Shown: positions 37,061 through 47,465, numbered from the stretch's first letter. The stretch is 64,000 bases of DNA from an uncultured Actinomycetes bacterium (GCA_963752505.1 CAVVYM010000003.1:28840-92839); one strand, 5' to 3'. A program made the numbers and translations. The notes: generated by a model from the sequence alone, not told the origin.

Positions 37061-37423
37061 TCAATAGACGAGGGCTGTTGCGTCCGCGGGCAGAACTTCC
37101 TCCACAAACGTCGCGGAGCCAGCTAGCCGAACCGCCGGGAGCAGGTCGGCGGCCGAGAGGTCGCGACGTGCCGCGCATTGCGAGCAGACAGTCAGTCTGC
37201 CCATGGCGACAATGGCATCGCGCAATTCGCTGAGCTCCGGCGCGGCCGGCAGTCGTACCTTCTCCAGGGCACCAGCGGTGCCAAACCAGACGGCATCGCC
37301 GGTGAGCCACATCGACACCTCGACGCCGGCTGCGGCCGCAGTTGAGGCGACGGACAGGGCCTGCGAGACGCGCTCGGGCGAGTCGGCTCCCCACGTGAGT
37401 TTGACTACTAGCCGCCTGGGCAC
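37061..37423 (-). CDS. DsrE family protein
   Basis: 120 aa reading RLVVKLTWGADSPERVSQALSVASTAAAAGVEVSMWLTGDAVWF...LTVCSQCAARR, typical of small DsrE-like proteins. It starts 2 nt after the DUF4395 gene. Confidence 0.7.
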   Translation of the reverse strand: MPRRLVVKLTWGADSPERVSQALSVASTAAAAGVEVSMWLTGDAVWFGTAGALEKVRLPAAPELSELRDAIVAMGRLTVCSQCAARRDLSAADLLPAVRLAGSATFVEEVLPADATALVY

Positions 37424-37425
37424 GG

Positions 37426-37956
37426 CTAGCCGATGGTGACGTCGCGGTGGTCGGGCTCGGGGGTTGACGCAGTCTTCGGCTCGGTGAGATCAGCCGTGGT
37501 GGCGATGCCACCCACGATGCGGTTGTAGAGCTCGCAGCTGACGCAGTAGTTGAACAGTGCCTGTGCCAGGGCCGTCACCAGCAGGATGCCGGTGATCACG
37601 TAGTAGACGGTGCCGACTCCGATGGTGCCAGCGAGCAGCGCGACCACGGCGAACAGCACGGCAATGCCCTGCCCGAACCGCAGCGGGCGTTCGGCCACCT
37701 GCGTCGACGTCGGCTTCAAGCGAGTGCTCAGGGCCACGCGGTAGAGCAGTGCGTAGGGGTGCACGTGCATTCCCAGCACCGCCCCGAACGCAAAGGCCAT
37801 CATCTGGATCGCGAGCAGATACAGGCCGCCGGGTGATCCGAGTGCGAGGGCACCGGCCAGCACAACGGCAGTCACTGAGGCGATGAATCGGGACTCGCGG
37901 GGGTCGAGCGTGGCGACACTCCGGGCAGACATGCCGCCAACTGTAGGGTCAGACAC
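37426..37956 (-). CDS. DUF4395 domain-containing membrane protein
   Basis: 176 aa with 4 TM helices and a C-terminal NYCVSCELY motif typical of DUF4395 (memory). Confidence 0.65.
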   Translation of the reverse strand: MSDPTVGGMSARSVATLDPRESRFIASVTAVVLAGALALGSPGGLYLLAIQMMAFAFGAVLGMHVHPYALLYRVALSTRLKPTSTQVAERPLRFGQGIAVLFAVVALLAGTIGVGTVYYVITGILLVTALAQALFNYCVSCELYNRIVGGIATTADLTEPKTASTPEPDHRDVTIG

Positions 37957-38057
37957 CCGTTTGGCCTGGGATCTTTGCCTTTGCCGTGTCGTGTGTCTGG
38001 GAACGCCCTAGTGTGGGAAACGGTGCGGGGGTTCGGGGCGCTGGAGGTGTTACCGAC

Positions 38058-39758
38058 GTGTGGGTTGTCCGCCGAAGCTGGGTATCCCGGGCACTTCTGG
38101 TCACCGTGGTGGTGATCGGCGCCCTTCTTGGCCAACCGGCCGCCGCGCAGGCAGCTTCCCAGGCTCCTCGACTGCCTGCCGGTGATGTCATGCGCATGAG
38201 CACCGGTGCCGCCCCCGGGGCGACGGCCTGGGGCAACCTGACCGTGACCGATTCGACCGCACCGGGTTGGTTGGTGGCCTTTCCCTGCGACCAACCCCGG
38301 CCGTTGGCCTCAAACCTCAACTTCGCGGCTGGGCAGACAGTGGCCAACTTTGTGGGCGTGCGCACTGATGGTGCAGGCGCCATCTGCGTCTACTCGACGG
38401 CCACCGCCCACCTCATTTTCGACCTCGTCGCCACCTCGGACGTGGTGCCCACTGCAACGCCGGAACGCGTCATAGACACGCGCGTCGAAGCCCACGGTGC
38501 CGCTCCGATTGCGGCCTTCAATGCGGTTGTGGTGCCCACCGGGGCACCGGCGGGAAGCACGGTGTGGGGGAACCTGACGATCGTGACGCCGAGCGCGAGC
38601 GGTTGGGCGCTGGCCTACCCATGTGACCAGGCACCACCGACGTCTTCGAGCATCAACTTCGGTGCCGGCATCACCCGGGCGGGATTCGTGGGCGTTCGCA
38701 CCGATGCTCAAGGCAACTTCTGCGTCCTCTCCGCTGCCACCGCCCACGTGCTCTTCGACCTGGTCGCGGCGTCTGATGCGGTGGCCGCCGAGGCACCGCA
38801 GCGCATCATCGACACCCGTCTGCCTCAATTTGGTGCCGCACCCCTGGCATCCCAGGGCACCGTCAAGGTGATCGCCAACGCCGCGCCGCACGCCACGGTC
38901 TGGGGAACGCTGACTGTGCCGGGCGGACCCACTGCCGGATGGGCGGTCGCGTATCCGTGCGATGAGGCCCGGCCGGAGGCCTCGAACGTCAACTTCTCGC
39001 CCGGTCAATCGGTGGCCAACCTGGTGGCCGTTCGCACCGACGCGGCGGGCAACTTCTGCGTGTACACGTCGAGCACCGCCCACGTGGTGTTCGACCTGAT
39101 CGCGGCCTCCGATCGCCTCCCCGTGAGTGCCGCGGTGCGCAAGGCCGACACCCGCGCGGACTGGTCAGGTCCCGGGCAAGTGGTCACCGTGCGCGCAGAC
39201 TCCGCGTCGTCGACGCGGGCCACAGTCGCGCTGTGGCAGCGGCAGGACGACGGGAGGTATGCACCGGTGCGTGGTCCGGTGCTTGGTTGGGTTGGCGAGT
39301 TGGGCACCGGAGAGGGCGCCTACGGCGTGCCCCGCAGTCCCGCGGGTTTCTACTCGCTCACGGAAGCATTTGGCATCCTCGGCGACCCCGGCACTGCCAT
39401 GCCCTATTTCCAGGTCGACCGCTACGACTGGTGGGACGGAGACCCGAACAGCCCCACCTTCAACACCCACGTCCGCAAGGTGTGGGTGCCCGGTGCTGGC
39501 AGCGAGCGGCTGATCGACTACGGCTACGCCTACAACTACGGTGTCGCCTTCGACTACAACCCGGAGCAGAATCCGGCGAAGGGGTCGGCGTTCTTCCTGC
39601 ATGTCTCGACGAACGAGCCGACTGGTGGTTGTGTCTCAGTGCCGATCCAAGACCTTGAGGCCATGCTGCGGATGCTCGACCCGGCACGCTCACCTGCCAT
39701 CACCATCGGCGTCGGTGGCTGGGGCACTGCCATCGTCGACCGCGCGAATCGCTCCTGA
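38058..39758 (+). CDS. secreted protein: three tandem ~112-aa Cys-pair repeat domains plus a C-terminal L,D-transpeptidase-like catalytic domain
   Basis: GTG at 38058 gives the signal peptide VWVVRRSWVSRALLVTVVVIGALLGQPAAAQA (the track start 37986 is possible). The repeat is GNLT...GW..A.PCD..P..S..NF..G.....V.VRTD..G..CV.S....H..FDL. The C-terminus reads FFLHVSTNEPTGGCVSV (His...GC), as in YkuD/YafK-type enzymes. Confidence 0.65.
   Translation: MWVVRRSWVSRALLVTVVVIGALLGQPAAAQAASQAPRLPAGDVMRMSTGAAPGATAWGNLTVTDSTAPGWLVAFPCDQPRPLASNLNFAAGQTVANFVGVRTDGAGAICVYSTATAHLIFDLVATSDVVPTATPERVIDTRVEAHGAAPIAAFNAVVVPTGAPAGSTVWGNLTIVTPSASGWALAYPCDQAPPTSSSINFGAGITRAGFVGVRTDAQGNFCVLSAATAHVLFDLVAASDAVAAEAPQRIIDTRLPQFGAAPLASQGTVKVIANAAPHATVWGTLTVPGGPTAGWAVAYPCDEARPEASNVNFSPGQSVANLVAVRTDAAGNFCVYTSSTAHVVFDLIAASDRLPVSAAVRKADTRADWSGPGQVVTVRADSASSTRATVALWQRQDDGRYAPVRGPVLGWVGELGTGEGAYGVPRSPAGFYSLTEAFGILGDPGTAMPYFQVDRYDWWDGDPNSPTFNTHVRKVWVPGAGSERLIDYGYAYNYGVAFDYNPEQNPAKGSAFFLHVSTNEPTGGCVSVPIQDLEAMLRMLDPARSPAITIGVGGWGTAIVDRANRS
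38169..39155 (+). repeat. three tandem ~336-nt coding repeats (protein-domain triplication)
   Basis: The conserved Trp of the (V/A)WG(N/T)LT motif recurs at residues 82, 194 and 306 of the track ORF (period 112 aa). Each unit has two Cys. Confidence 0.8.
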
Positions 39759-39780
39759 TCGACCAAGTTGACGGCCTGGG

Positions 39781-40476
39781 CTACTGCTCGGCGAGCAGCT
39801 CGTACTCCTGTGGTGAGACGAAGCGGTAGCCCACGTTTCGCACCGTACCGATGAGGTGCTCGAACTCCGGGCCGAGTTTGGCGCGGAGGCGGCGCACGTG
39901 AACGTCCACCGTCCTGGTGCCGCCGTAGAAGTCATAGCCCCACACCTCCTGCAGCAACTGCGCCCGGGTGAAGACCCGTCCCGGGTGCTGGGCGAGGAAC
40001 TTCAACAGTTCGAACTCCTTGAAGGTCAGGTCGAGGGGGCGGTTGCGCAGCCGAGCGGTGTAGGACGATTCGTCCACCACCAATTCGCCGGTGCGAATCA
40101 GGTCGGGCTCGTCGTCGCCGTCACCGGCGCCACGTGCAAGTGCGAGGCGCAGTCGCGCATCGAGTTCCGCCGGGCCGGCGGTATCAAGCAGGAGGTCGTC
40201 GATTCCCCACTCGGAGTTGACCCCGGCGAGGCCGCCCTCGGTGGTGATGAGTAGCACCGGTACCGCGACCCCGGTCGAGCGGATGACGCGACACAGTCCC
40301 TTCACCGCCACCAACTCACTGCGGCCATCAACCAGCAGGGCATCGACTGGAGGGGCGTCGAGCAATGCACTGGGTTCAGCCTGGACAACTTTGACGTGAT
40401 GCGAGAGCAAGCCCAACGCGGGGAGGACCTCCACGCTGGCTTGGCTGGAATTGGTCAGCAGAAGGAGTTGGCCCAT
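39781..40476 (-). CDS. glnR: GlnR-type orphan OmpR-family response regulator (global nitrogen regulator)
   Basis: 231 aa. The N-terminus [28 protein letters not shown]...ALLVDGR matches the atypical GlnR receiver as I remember it from Streptomyces and Mycobacterium. The C-terminal winged helix reads [35 protein letters not shown]. It is adjacent to mshD, as in Mtb (Rv0818/Rv0819). Confidence 0.8.
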   Translation of the reverse strand: MGQLLLLTNSSQASVEVLPALGLLSHHVKVVQAEPSALLDAPPVDALLVDGRSELVAVKGLCRVIRSTGVAVPVLLITTEGGLAGVNSEWGIDDLLLDTAGPAELDARLRLALARGAGDGDDEPDLIRTGELVVDESSYTARLRNRPLDLTFKEFELLKFLAQHPGRVFTRAQLLQEVWGYDFYGGTRTVDVHVRRLRAKLGPEFEHLIGTVRNVGYRFVSPQEYELLAEQ

Positions 40477-40559
40477 GAGTCGGGAACTCCTCCCAATCAG
40501 ACGGTGATGAGATAAGAGAATACCTGCCGACCAACATTCGGCCTAGTCGCGAGGGTCAC

Positions 40560-41510
40560 ATGGGGGCGCGCGAACAGACGATCGGCACGCCTACGCTGGT
40601 CCATGTGACCTGGCAACTAAGTGCCACCGCCGGTCCGATCGGCCACCGTCTCACAGCCGACCTTCGCGGCCTCCTGGCACGGTGCGTGGCGACCGACGGC
40701 GTAGCGCCGATGTCGGATGCGACGCTGCTCGCGCCGTCCTCCGGCGCCACCTACCTGTTCCTGCGGTCTGGTGCATCTGAGGAGTTGGCGGGTTGCGCAG
40801 TGCTGGACGGTGAGAGCGTTGAGCTAGCCGTGCGCCCGGAACGCCGCGGAGCTGGTGCGGGTGGCGTACTGGTGACGGCTGCTCTGGCCCGCGGTGCGCG
40901 GCAAGCCTGGGCCCACGGAAACCTCCCCGGCGCCCAACGCCTCGCGGCCGAACACGATGCCCACGCCACGAGGCGCCTGCTGGTGTTGGACATCGACAGC
41001 GCCGCGATCGACTCTGCCCCGCTGGTGTGGCCCCCCGGCTTCGGGCTGCGCAGCTACTCCGGGCCTGACGACGATGCCCAGGTGCTGGCGGTGAATCGGG
41101 CCGCCTTCACGGACCTGCCGGATCAAGGATCCTGGTCGATGGCCGACCTCGCCGCGCGTACCGGGGCGGACTGGTTCCGCCCGGACGGCCTGTTGTTGTT
41201 GCTCGACCAGGAGGCACAGCGGCTGGCTGGCTTCCACTGGACCAAGATTCACCCGACGGGAGAATGCGAGGTCTACGTGGTTGCTCTTGACCCCGCCTAC
41301 CAGGGCCACGGCTTGGGAACGCGGTTGATCCAGGCCGGGCTGAACCACCTTCGCGACGGGGCCTGCCCACGCGTGATGCTGTACGTCGACGCTGCCAACA
41401 CCAAGGCATTGCGGGTCTACCGCCAACTGGGCTTCCGACAGGCGCGGGAAGACATCTTGTATGCGGCCCGGTCGGTGCCGGCGTCGGACCCCGGCGTCTG
41501 GCAGGGTTGA
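40560..41510 (+). CDS. mshD: mycothiol synthase (mycothiol acetyltransferase), tandem GNAT domains
   Basis: 316 aa reading ATDGVAPMSD...; the C-terminal GNAT domain has YVVALDPAYQGHGLGTRL and LYVDAANTKALRVYRQLGF. Length and order match MshD. The exact start is uncertain. Confidence 0.8.
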   Translation: MGAREQTIGTPTLVHVTWQLSATAGPIGHRLTADLRGLLARCVATDGVAPMSDATLLAPSSGATYLFLRSGASEELAGCAVLDGESVELAVRPERRGAGAGGVLVTAALARGARQAWAHGNLPGAQRLAAEHDAHATRRLLVLDIDSAAIDSAPLVWPPGFGLRSYSGPDDDAQVLAVNRAAFTDLPDQGSWSMADLAARTGADWFRPDGLLLLLDQEAQRLAGFHWTKIHPTGECEVYVVALDPAYQGHGLGTRLIQAGLNHLRDGACPRVMLYVDAANTKALRVYRQLGFRQAREDILYAARSVPASDPGVWQG

Positions 41511-41513
41511 GCC

Positions 41514-43625
41514 ATGATTGAGGCGGCTGTGGGGGAAGAAACTCCGGCGATTGAAGAAGACCTGCCAACTGGCAGATTCATCGACCGCGAACTCTCCTGG
41601 CTGGCCTTCAACCAACGGGTTCTGGAGTTAGCCGAGGACGACCGGCTGCCGCTCCTGGAGCGAGCAAAGTTTCTCGCGATCTTCGGCTCGAACCTCGACG
41701 AGTTCTACATGGTCCGGGTGGCTGGCCTCAAACGCCGCATCGCCACCGGAATCGCGGTTCGCGCCGCCAGTGGGCTGTTGCCGCGGGAAGTGCACGACGC
41801 CGTGCTGGCGGCTAGCCAGGAACTGATGCATCGCCAGGCGTGCTGCTTCCGTGATGCGGTGGCACCCGGCCTCGCCGCGCAGGGCATCGAGGTGGTGCGC
41901 TGGGGCGATCTCAACGAGGACGAACGCCAACAACTCTCGGTGTTCTTCTCCGACAAGGTCTACCCGGTTCTCACCCCGCTAGCGGTGGACCCCGCGCACC
42001 CGTTCCCCTATATCTCCGGGCTGTCGCTCAACCTGGCTGTCGTTGTTCGCAACCCCAACACCGAGAACGAGTTGTTCGCCCGGGTGAAGGTGCCGCCGTC
42101 CCTGCCCCGGTTCGTGCACGTCGGTCGCTCCCGCTTCGTGACGCTGGAAGACATCATCGCGGCCCACCTCGAAGCGCTCTTCCCAGGTATGGATGTCCTG
42201 GAGCATCACACCTTCCGGGTGACGCGCAACGAGGACGTGGAGGTCGAGGAGGACGACGCCGAAAACCTTCTCAAAGCACTCGAGCGAGAGTTGATGCGTC
42301 GCCGTTTCGGCCCGCCGGTACGACTGGAGGTGGAGGAGACCATCTCGTCGCACGTCTACGACCTGCTGGTGCGCGAACTGGGTGTGACCACCACCGAGGT
42401 GTTCCAACTGCCGTGGCCGCTGGACCTTCGAGGCCTGTGGACCCTCTTCGCATTGGACCGCGAGGACCTCAAGGACCCGCCATTCGTGCCCAAGACGAGT
42501 CGTGAGTTGGCCGAGGTCGAATCGGCCAAGGCGCCGGACGTGCTGGAGGCGATGCGCACGAAGGAGGTGCTGCTCCACCACCCCTACGAGTCCTTCTCGA
42601 CGTCGGTGCAGCGGTTCCTCGAGCAGGCCGCGGCCGACCCGAAGGTCCTGGCCATCAAACAGACCCTCTACCGCACGTCGGGCGATTCACCGATCGTCGA
42701 TGCCCTGATCGACGCTGCGCAGTCGGGCAAGCAGGTGCTCGCCCTGGTCGAGATCAAGGCGCGTTTCGACGAGGAGGCCAACATCACCTGGGCGCGCAAA
42801 CTCGAGCGCGCCGGGGTTCACGTTGTTTACGGCCTCGTGGGCCTCAAGACGCACTGCAAACTCAGCATGGTGGTGCGCGACGAGGGGGAGCGCCTCGTGC
42901 GTTACTGCCACATCGGTACGGGCAACTACCACCCCAAGACGGCTCGGCTCTACGAGGACATGGGAATCCTCACCACGGACGCCACGGTGGGCATCGACGT
43001 GGCGAACGTGTTCAACCAACTGTCGGGCTATTCCATGAACACCTCCTACGAGCGGTTGCTGGTGGCCCCCCACAGCATTCGGAGCGGATTGCTGGAACGC
43101 ATCGACCGCGAGGTCGCCAACCACCGCGCGGGCGCACCGGCCCGCATCAGGTTCAAGTGCAACTCGATCGTCGACGAGCGCGTGATCGACGGTCTCTACC
43201 GGGCCTCGCAGCAGGGCGTCCCGGTGGACGTGTGGGTGCGCGGGATCTGCGCCATCCGACCGGGGGTGCAGGGGATGAGCGAGACCATCAGGGTCCGCAG
43301 CATCCTCGGCCGATTCCTGGAGCACTCGAGAGTGTACGAGTTCGCCAACGGCGGTGAACCCGAGGTTTGGATCGGGTCGGCCGACCTCATGCACCGCAAC
43401 CTAGACCGCCGGGTGGAGACCCTCGTTTCGCTCTCCGACCCCGGGCACGTCGCCACCGCGAATGCGCTGTTCGACATGGCCTTCGCGGAGAACACCGCGG
43501 CCTGGGATCTGGACTCCGACGGGATGTGGCACCGTCGCTCCGCTGCCGGTCTCTCGGAGCCCCTCGTGGACATGCAGAGCCAGCTGATCTTCAACGTGAC
43601 TCATCGTGGAGGGACAGTGATATGA
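41514..43625 (+). CDS. ppk: polyphosphate kinase 1
   Basis: 703 aa reading [49 protein letters not shown], with two PLD-like HKD-type regions (KTHCKLSMV..., FLEHSRV). Confidence 0.95.
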   Translation: MIEAAVGEETPAIEEDLPTGRFIDRELSWLAFNQRVLELAEDDRLPLLERAKFLAIFGSNLDEFYMVRVAGLKRRIATGIAVRAASGLLPREVHDAVLAASQELMHRQACCFRDAVAPGLAAQGIEVVRWGDLNEDERQQLSVFFSDKVYPVLTPLAVDPAHPFPYISGLSLNLAVVVRNPNTENELFARVKVPPSLPRFVHVGRSRFVTLEDIIAAHLEALFPGMDVLEHHTFRVTRNEDVEVEEDDAENLLKALERELMRRRFGPPVRLEVEETISSHVYDLLVRELGVTTTEVFQLPWPLDLRGLWTLFALDREDLKDPPFVPKTSRELAEVESAKAPDVLEAMRTKEVLLHHPYESFSTSVQRFLEQAAADPKVLAIKQTLYRTSGDSPIVDALIDAAQSGKQVLALVEIKARFDEEANITWARKLERAGVHVVYGLVGLKTHCKLSMVVRDEGERLVRYCHIGTGNYHPKTARLYEDMGILTTDATVGIDVANVFNQLSGYSMNTSYERLLVAPHSIRSGLLERIDREVANHRAGAPARIRFKCNSIVDERVIDGLYRASQQGVPVDVWVRGICAIRPGVQGMSETIRVRSILGRFLEHSRVYEFANGGEPEVWIGSADLMHRNLDRRVETLVSLSDPGHVATANALFDMAFAENTAAWDLDSDGMWHRRSAAGLSEPLVDMQSQLIFNVTHRGGTVI

Positions 43626-45217
43626 CAACGTCCGACGCTGAGGACCCGACGCCGCCGGATGTTCGCCGTGACGTGGTGCCCGAAGAGACGACACCTGCGC
43701 CGCATCCGGAGGAACTCCGCGAGGTCGAACGAAAGTTCCGGGTCCACGGGCTGTTCCGGCTGCCCAACCTCGATGAGGTGCCCGGCGTTGCGCAGGTCGT
43801 ACCACAGAGCACCCGTGAGTTGGCCGCCGTGTACCACGACACCGACGACCTCAAGTTGTTTCGCTGGGGGGTGACGCTACGACGGCGGGAGGGTGGCGAC
43901 GATGCCGGCTGGCACATGAAGTTGCCCGTCGACGGCGAGCAGGAGGGCGTGCGCGACGAATTGCGGATGCCGCTTGCCGACGGCGCCGTGGGCCACGTGC
44001 CGGCGGCCCTGCACGACGTTGTGACTGCCTACGTTCGCGAGTCTCAGTTGGTTCCGGTGGTGGAGTTGCGCACCGAGCGCACGCCGTACCTGCTCTACGA
44101 CGACGCCGGCGTCGCTTTCGCCGAGCTGGTCGACGACCGGGTATCGATCTTGGATGGCGACCGCGTCGTGTCGATGTTCCGGGAACTCGAGGTTGAGGGA
44201 TTGACCGAGGACGCGGACTTGGGGCCCATCGTCGCGGTGCTGGTGGATCAAGGCGCCGAGCCGAATGACCTATCCAAGGCGGCAAGTGCCCTGGGGCCGG
44301 CTGCCGTGGTGCCACCCGATATCCCGCAGCAAGAGTCCGTGGGCCCGGCTGATGCTGCCGGTGATGCGGTGACTGCTTACCTGCGCAAACACGCGCGTGC
44401 CTTCCTTACCCAGGACGTCAGGGTGCGGCGGGATCTGCCCGATGCAGTGCATCAGATGCGGGTGGCGGCCCGTCGGCTGCGCAGCGGGTTGAAGACGTTC
44501 GCGCCGCTGGTGGAGGAGGAATGGGCGCAGGAGCTCCGCGCGGAACTGAAGTGGGCGGCCGGTGAACTAGGCCACGCCCGGGATACGGAAGTTCTCCTGG
44601 ATCGCCTTGACCATCACGCAGATGACCTCAGCGAACGCGAAGCCATGCTGATTCGTGCGGTGATGGATCCGATGCTGCGCGACCGATTGGCCGGCGCACG
44701 GGCGCACGCGCTGGCTGCCATGCGCAGCGAACGCCATGCCGCATTGCTGGAGATGCTCGTCGATGCGGCAGCGAATCCACGGCTCACACCGGCCGCCAAT
44801 GGTGACTGTGGCGACGTCCTGCCACCGTTGGTCGACAAGGCTTGGCGCAAGCTGCGCCGCTCGGTACGGGGATTGCAGCTCGAAGGGCCCTCAGAGACCT
44901 GGCATCAGGCGCGCATCGCGGCAAAACGAGCCCGGTATGCCGCTGGCGCCGTTATCCCGGTATTCGGCCATCCGGCAAAGGAACTCGAGGGTGCGTTGAG
45001 CGAGGTCACCGAGGTGCTGGGGGAGCACCAGGACGCCTGCGTTGCCCAAGACGTGATCCGGGAGATCGCAGCGTCGCGGGATGTCGATGGCGAGACCGGA
45101 TTCGCGTTGGGACTGCTGCACGAGCACGAGTTTGAGGAAGAAATCCACAATCGGGTTCAGTTCCGCGCGGTTTGGGCGCAGGCCAAGAAAGTTCAGCGGC
45201 ATACCCGGATGGTGTGA
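43622..45217 (+). CDS. CYTH and CHAD domain-containing protein (triphosphate-tunnel domain plus polyphosphate-binding CHAD)
   Basis: ATG at 43622 overlaps the ppk stop (ATGA). It has the CYTH ExExK signature (EVERKF) and CHAD helices ([29 protein letters not shown]). The track 5' extension was rejected. Confidence 0.85.
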   Translation: MTTSDAEDPTPPDVRRDVVPEETTPAPHPEELREVERKFRVHGLFRLPNLDEVPGVAQVVPQSTRELAAVYHDTDDLKLFRWGVTLRRREGGDDAGWHMKLPVDGEQEGVRDELRMPLADGAVGHVPAALHDVVTAYVRESQLVPVVELRTERTPYLLYDDAGVAFAELVDDRVSILDGDRVVSMFRELEVEGLTEDADLGPIVAVLVDQGAEPNDLSKAASALGPAAVVPPDIPQQESVGPADAAGDAVTAYLRKHARAFLTQDVRVRRDLPDAVHQMRVAARRLRSGLKTFAPLVEEEWAQELRAELKWAAGELGHARDTEVLLDRLDHHADDLSEREAMLIRAVMDPMLRDRLAGARAHALAAMRSERHAALLEMLVDAAANPRLTPAANGDCGDVLPPLVDKAWRKLRRSVRGLQLEGPSETWHQARIAAKRARYAAGAVIPVFGHPAKELEGALSEVTEVLGEHQDACVAQDVIREIAASRDVDGETGFALGLLHEHEFEEEIHNRVQFRAVWAQAKKVQRHTRMV

Positions 45218-45220
45218 GTC

Positions 45221-46135
45221 GTGGCCAGCACGATCGTTGCAGCAGGTGTGGTGCTCGTGCGCCGTGCCAAGAGTGGCATCGAGATCTGCCTGGTGCATCG
45301 GCCCAGGCAGGACGACTGGTCGCTGCCCAAGGGGAAGGCCGACCCTGGCGAGTTGATGCCCACCACCGCGCGTCGTGAGGCACTGGAGGAGACCGGGTCA
45401 GACGTCGTGCTCGGCGCTCCGCTCGAGCAGCAGCGCTACAAAGTGGATGGTCGGCCCAAGACGGTGGACTACTGGGTGGCGCACATGAGACCGGGCGGTC
45501 CGGGATTCTCGCCCAATCGTGAAGTGGACCGACTGCAGTGGATGTCGGTGCAGAAGGCTCGGGCCAAGTTGACCTATCCGCGGGATCGGCAACTCGTCCT
45601 GCAGGCGATTGCCACGTCACACACCACACCCCTGGTGGTGCTGCGGCACACCGAAGCAGTGAAGCGGTCGGACTTCAAGGGCAGCAAAGACTCCCGCCGT
45701 CCGCTCACCAGTCGCGGTCGGGGCCAGGCCCGGGACATCGTGGATCCCATCGCCGCTTTCGGGGCGGTGCGCGTGCTCAGTTCTGGCTCGCGCCGCTGCG
45801 TGCAAACCGTCGAACCACTGGCAGCGCAACTCGGCCGCAGCATCGACGAGGAGCCCTTGTTCAGCGAGGAGGGCTTCAACAAGCGACCCAAAGCGGCGCT
45901 GAGGCGCCTCGGCGATCTGGCCCAGAAGCCTGGCCCGTTGGTGCTGTGCACCCATCGGCCGGTGCTGCCTGCGGTGTTTTCAGCGCTGGCCGCGGAATTC
46001 GGGCTTAAGTCGAAATCGGCGGCAATCAAGCCCGATCTCGACCCCGGTGGATTCGTGGTTTTCCACCGTGAACTCGACGCCCGGAATCGGCTCACCGGCA
46101 GAGTTGTTGCGGCGGAGCGGTTCAACGAGTTCTAA
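45221..46135 (+). CDS. NUDIX hydrolase fused to a histidine-phosphatase (SixA-like) domain (MutT1-type)
   Basis: Nudix box GKADPGELMPTTARREALEETG, then VVLRHTEAV (RHG-type phosphatase motif). The architecture and position next to ppk match Mtb MutT1 (Rv2985, memory). Confidence 0.8.
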   Translation: MASTIVAAGVVLVRRAKSGIEICLVHRPRQDDWSLPKGKADPGELMPTTARREALEETGSDVVLGAPLEQQRYKVDGRPKTVDYWVAHMRPGGPGFSPNREVDRLQWMSVQKARAKLTYPRDRQLVLQAIATSHTTPLVVLRHTEAVKRSDFKGSKDSRRPLTSRGRGQARDIVDPIAAFGAVRVLSSGSRRCVQTVEPLAAQLGRSIDEEPLFSEEGFNKRPKAALRRLGDLAQKPGPLVLCTHRPVLPAVFSALAAEFGLKSKSAAIKPDLDPGGFVVFHRELDARNRLTGRVVAAERFNEF

Positions 46136-46235
46136 CCTCCCTGAATCTGTCTCAAAAGCACTGTTTTCCAGGTGTTTTCGGCTCAGTGGCTCGCCACGAC
46201 TTGATGCGCGGCAGATCATTGCGGCAGCGGCAGTC

Positions 46236-46280
46236 GTTCGCGGATAGTTCACCTTCTCGTTCACTTCGTGTTCGCCATTG
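46236..46280 (+). promoter_or_regulatory. PHO box: four direct repeat units (GTTCGCGGATA GTTCACCTTCTC GTTCACTTCGT GTTCGCCATTG)
   Basis: GTTCAC/GTTCGC cores recur at 11/12/11-nt phasing, 60-104 nt upstream of the pstS GTG. This matches the PhoP direct-repeat-unit logic described for Streptomyces pstS promoters. Confidence 0.65.
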
Positions 46281-46339
46281 GTAACCGCTCCCCAATACTT
46301 TTCAACTGACCGAATTCGCATACATCTTGGAGGACCAGG

Positions 46340-47443
46340 GTGAACGTCACCCGTACATCGCGTCTCGTGGCCGTTGGCTTCGCTGGCGCTCTCGCACTTG
46401 CCGCCTGTGGCGGCTCGTCATCCGACAGCGCATCTGGCGATTCGACTGCCGGCGGTTCCGGCGACATCCGCTGCGTGTCCGGTTCTATCAAGGCCTCCGG
46501 CTCCTCGGCCCAGAAGAACGCCATCACCGAGTGGATCAACGAGTACCAGACCGCGTGCCCGGACGCCACCATCGAATACACCCCCTCCGGATCGAGCGCG
46601 GGAATTCAGGACTTCATCAACAGCCAGACCTCGTTCGCAGGTTCGGATGCCGCACTCAACGAGGAGCAGGCCACCCAGGCTGCCACCCGCTGCGAGAGCA
46701 ACCCGGCCTGGAACCTGCCCATGGTTGGCGGTGCCATCGCCGTCGCCTACAACGTCGAGGGCGTCGACGAACTGACCCTCACCCCAGAGGTGACGGCCAA
46801 GATCTTCGCCAACGAGATCACCAACTGGAACGACCCGGCGATCGCCGAACTCAACTCGGGGGCGAGCCTGCCCGACGCGACCATCGCGCAGTACCACCGC
46901 TCGGACGGTTCGGGGACCACCCAGAACTTCACCGCCTGGCTTGACCAGGCATCCGACGGGACCTGGACCTTCGGAGACAACAAGGAGTGGAAGGCCCCCG
47001 GTGGCCAGGGCTCCAAGGGCAACGACGGCATCGCCTCGTCGCTGAAGTCCACGCCGAATTCCATCGGCTACATCGAGGAATCCTTCCTCGAGCAGGCCGG
47101 TGCGCAAGCTGCCAAGATTGACAACGGCGGTGGTGCGGTCGAACTGAACAGCGAGAACGCCAGCAACGGCCTCGCCACTGCGAAGATTGTCGGCACCGGA
47201 AACGACCTGGCTCTCGAGCTGGACTACACGACGACGGACCCGACCGCCTACCCCGTGGTGCTCATCACCTACGAGATCACCTGCTCGGTGGGGCTCCCGG
47301 CCGACCAGCTCGACCTCACGCAGGCGTTCTTTGAGTATGCCGTCTCACCGGCGGCGCAGGAGATCCTGCCCGAAATCGGTTACGTTCCGCTGCCTGAGGA
47401 ACTGCAAACCAAGGTGTCGACTGCGGTTCAGGCACTCAGCTAG
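46340..47443 (+). CDS. pstS: phosphate ABC transporter substrate-binding lipoprotein PstS
   Basis: 367 aa with GTG after GGAGGA, a lipobox LALAACGG, and PstS motifs (GSGSSAQ, YHRSDGSGTT). Confidence 0.93.
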   Translation: MNVTRTSRLVAVGFAGALALAACGGSSSDSASGDSTAGGSGDIRCVSGSIKASGSSAQKNAITEWINEYQTACPDATIEYTPSGSSAGIQDFINSQTSFAGSDAALNEEQATQAATRCESNPAWNLPMVGGAIAVAYNVEGVDELTLTPEVTAKIFANEITNWNDPAIAELNSGASLPDATIAQYHRSDGSGTTQNFTAWLDQASDGTWTFGDNKEWKAPGGQGSKGNDGIASSLKSTPNSIGYIEESFLEQAGAQAAKIDNGGGAVELNSENASNGLATAKIVGTGNDLALELDYTTTDPTAYPVVLITYEITCSVGLPADQLDLTQAFFEYAVSPAAQEILPEIGYVPLPEELQTKVSTAVQALS

Positions 47444-47465
47444 CGGCATTGCCGATGCCAGCGTC

